Shown: in pieces, positions 1 through 310 of the stretch
Numbering within the stretch: position 1 is the first letter of the stretch
How the letters are laid out: each line of letters starts with the position of its first letter
Sequence record: BH153097.1
Direction: 5' to 3' (one strand)
DNA length: 310 bases
From: a phage
Position numbers and translations under genes: made by a program
The notes under the pieces: model-generated
Told to the model about the DNA's origin: nothing
Database searches by the model: none
What the model saw: only the letters and a program-made list of their open reading frames with translations

Positions 1-3
1 CCC

Positions 4-28
4 TGTCAACAACTATTTTTTAATTTTT
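4..28 (-). promoter_or_regulatory. Sigma70-type -35 hexamer (TTGACA, 9..4 on -) preceded by an A/T-rich UP-like tract (28..11); the -10 and transcript would lie beyond the window start
   Basis: Reverse complement of 1..28 reads aaaaattaaaaaatagttgTTGACAggg, a perfect -35 consensus with an A/T-rich tract immediately upstream. The -10 element is outside the window, so this is only half a promoter. Confidence 0.2.
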
Positions 29-67
29 ACCCGCTCGTGCATTAATACGCATTTTCTGCATAGCCAT
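20..67 (-). CDS. Candidate micro-ORF, 15 aa (MAMQKMRINARAGKN) from ATG 67..65, or 13 aa (MQKMRINARAGKN) from ATG 61..59; same frame and stop as the 75-aa ORF
   Basis: Near-consensus Shine-Dalgarno AAGGAG (71..76 on -) sits 3 nt before the first ATG and 9 nt before the second; the second spacing is typical for initiation. Alternative reading: this is only the C-terminal part of the 75-aa ORF with an internal SD-like sequence. Confidence 0.2.
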   Translation of the reverse strand: MAMQKMRINARAGKN

Positions 68-247
68 GATCTCCTTATACTCAACACACCATAAGCGGGT
101 AGCCCATGATAAACGCTCATAACGCTGGCAGAAATCGGACCATAGATATTGTGCACCGTTCGGCATAGTTGAAAGAAGTATTCGATTTTGTGATCCAAGA
201 ATCAATCGACCGTCACATTTTGTTTCTCGCTCATCAAAATGTAACAT
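20..247 (-). CDS. Hypothetical small protein, 75 aa (MLHFDERETKCDGRLILGSQ...RINARAGKN); no family recognised
   Basis: Supplied ORF track. ATG at 247..245, TAA stop at 22..20. Weak SD-like GGA(T)GG at 251..256 (- strand), 6 nt upstream of the ATG. In-frame upstream stops (TAG) bound the ORF. No hydrophobic segment and no motif I recognise. Could be a chance ORF. Confidence 0.25.
   Translation of the reverse strand: MLHFDERETKCDGRLILGSQNRILLSTMPNGAQYLWSDFCQRYERLSWATRLWCVEYKEIMAMQKMRINARAGKN
27..101. repeat. Long-range perfect 9-bp inverted repeat (27..35 ttacccgct vs 93..101 agcgggtaa) enclosing the SD and micro-ORF start
   Basis: Reverse complement of 27..35 equals 93..101 exactly, with a G/C-rich core (cccgc/gcggg). 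The 57-nt enclosed segment contains the AAGGAG SD (71..76), both micro-ORF ATGs and most of its coding sequence; the arm at 27..35 lies within the micro-ORF's last codons. Confidence 0.3.
71..76 (-). promoter_or_regulatory. Shine-Dalgarno-like ribosome-binding site (AAGGAG)
   Basis: Reverse complement of 71..76 (ctcctt) is AAGGAG, followed on the - strand by atc-ATG-gct-ATG. The hexamer is seen directly; its function is inferred. Confidence 0.35.
215..242. repeat. Perfect 8-bp inverted repeat with 12-nt spacer (acattttg / caaaatgt); candidate operator or mRNA hairpin
   Basis: 215..222 acattttg is the exact reverse complement of 235..242 caaaatgt. The right arm ends 3 nt from the ATG (247..245) of the 75-aa - strand ORF, so on that mRNA the hairpin would cover codons 2-10. 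Confidence 0.35.
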
Positions 248-268
248 TATCCATCCGAGGATAGTTAA

Positions 269-285
269 AGGCGCATAACGCGCCT
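269..285. terminator. GC-rich stem-loop (aggcgc-ataac-gcgcct); possible weak intrinsic terminator or structured regulatory element, orientation unresolved
   Basis: Perfect 6-bp stem (269..274 pairs with 280..285, 5 of 6 pairs G:C) with a 5-nt loop. On + it is followed by AUAUUAUCU, on - by UUAACUAU. Neither is a clean U-tract, so the terminator call is tentative. Confidence 0.25.
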
Positions 286-310
286 ATATTATCTAACCAA
301 TTAATCTTTT

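Noticed and set aside
76-81. + strand -10-like hexamers (TATACT 76..81; TATATT 285..290; TATTAT 287..292)
   Set aside because: No acceptable -35 partner (3 of 6 matches or fewer to TTGACA) at 16-18 bp spacing for any of them. TATACT is also the complement of the - strand SD region. Isolated AT-rich hexamers are expected in 40% GC DNA.
126-140. Sigma54-like TGGCA at 126..130
   Set aside because: The required GC of the -12 element is absent at the correct spacing (137..140 is ggac), so this is not a sigma54 promoter.
66-167. Short + strand ORFs (ATG 66 to TAA 120, 18 aa; ATG 106 to TAG 166, 20 aa)
   Set aside because: Very short, with no SD-like sequence upstream and frequent stops in all + frames. 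Indistinguishable from chance.
13-198. 61-aa - strand ORF (MDHKIEYFFQ...ERVKIKK) from the supplied track
   Set aside because: It begins with TTG, has no recognisable SD upstream, overlaps the ATG-initiated 75-aa ORF in another frame, and its product has no feature I recognise. I treat it as most likely a chance ORF and did not list it as a feature.
190-205. FNR-like GTGAT...ATCAA inverted half-sites
   Set aside because: Half-site spacing is 6 nt rather than the 4 nt of the FNR consensus TTGAT-N4-ATCAA, and the left half is GTGAT rather than TTGAT.
20-247. Known type I toxin families (Hok, Ldr, TisB, Ibs, ShoB) or known enterobacterial sRNAs (RyhB, MicF, Spot42, DsrA, OmrA/B)
   Set aside because: None of the three candidate peptides has the hydrophobic transmembrane character of these toxins, and I recognise no similarity to these sRNA sequences from memory. 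A database search is needed to exclude them properly.
231-260. Fur-box-like GATAATG...TTTTGAT on the - strand
   Set aside because: Only about 11 of 19 matches to GATAATGATAATCATTATC in my manual alignment; insufficient.
1-310. tRNA, rRNA, CRISPR array, REP element or IS/transposon terminal inverted repeats
   Set aside because: No cloverleaf-compatible arms or T-loop motif, no regularly spaced direct repeats of 25-40 bp, no REP-like GC-rich palindromic unit, and no matching terminal inverted repeats at the window ends.

Overview
This 310-bp window is AT-rich (about 40% GC by my hand count) and has no substantial ORF on the + strand, so it reads as an intergenic or regulatory region; I could not identify a defined novel system from sequence alone. 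The - strand carries two overlapping ORFs in different frames (20..247, 75 aa, ATG start; 13..198, 61 aa, TTG start). I cannot assign either to a known protein family. Inside the 3' part of the 75-aa frame there is a near-consensus Shine-Dalgarno (AAGGAG, 71..76 on -) followed by in-frame ATGs that would give a 13-15 aa micro-ORF (MAMQKMRINARAGKN). Other directly visible elements are a GC-rich 6-bp hairpin (269..285), an 8-bp palindrome with a 12-nt spacer (215..242) next to the 75-aa ORF start, a perfect 9-bp long-range inverted repeat (27..35 vs 93..101) bracketing the SD and micro-ORF start, and a perfect TTGACA -35 hexamer with an A/T-rich upstream tract at the window edge on the - strand (4..28). 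I see no tRNA, rRNA, CRISPR or transposon-end signature. All calls are low to moderate confidence and no homology search was possible.
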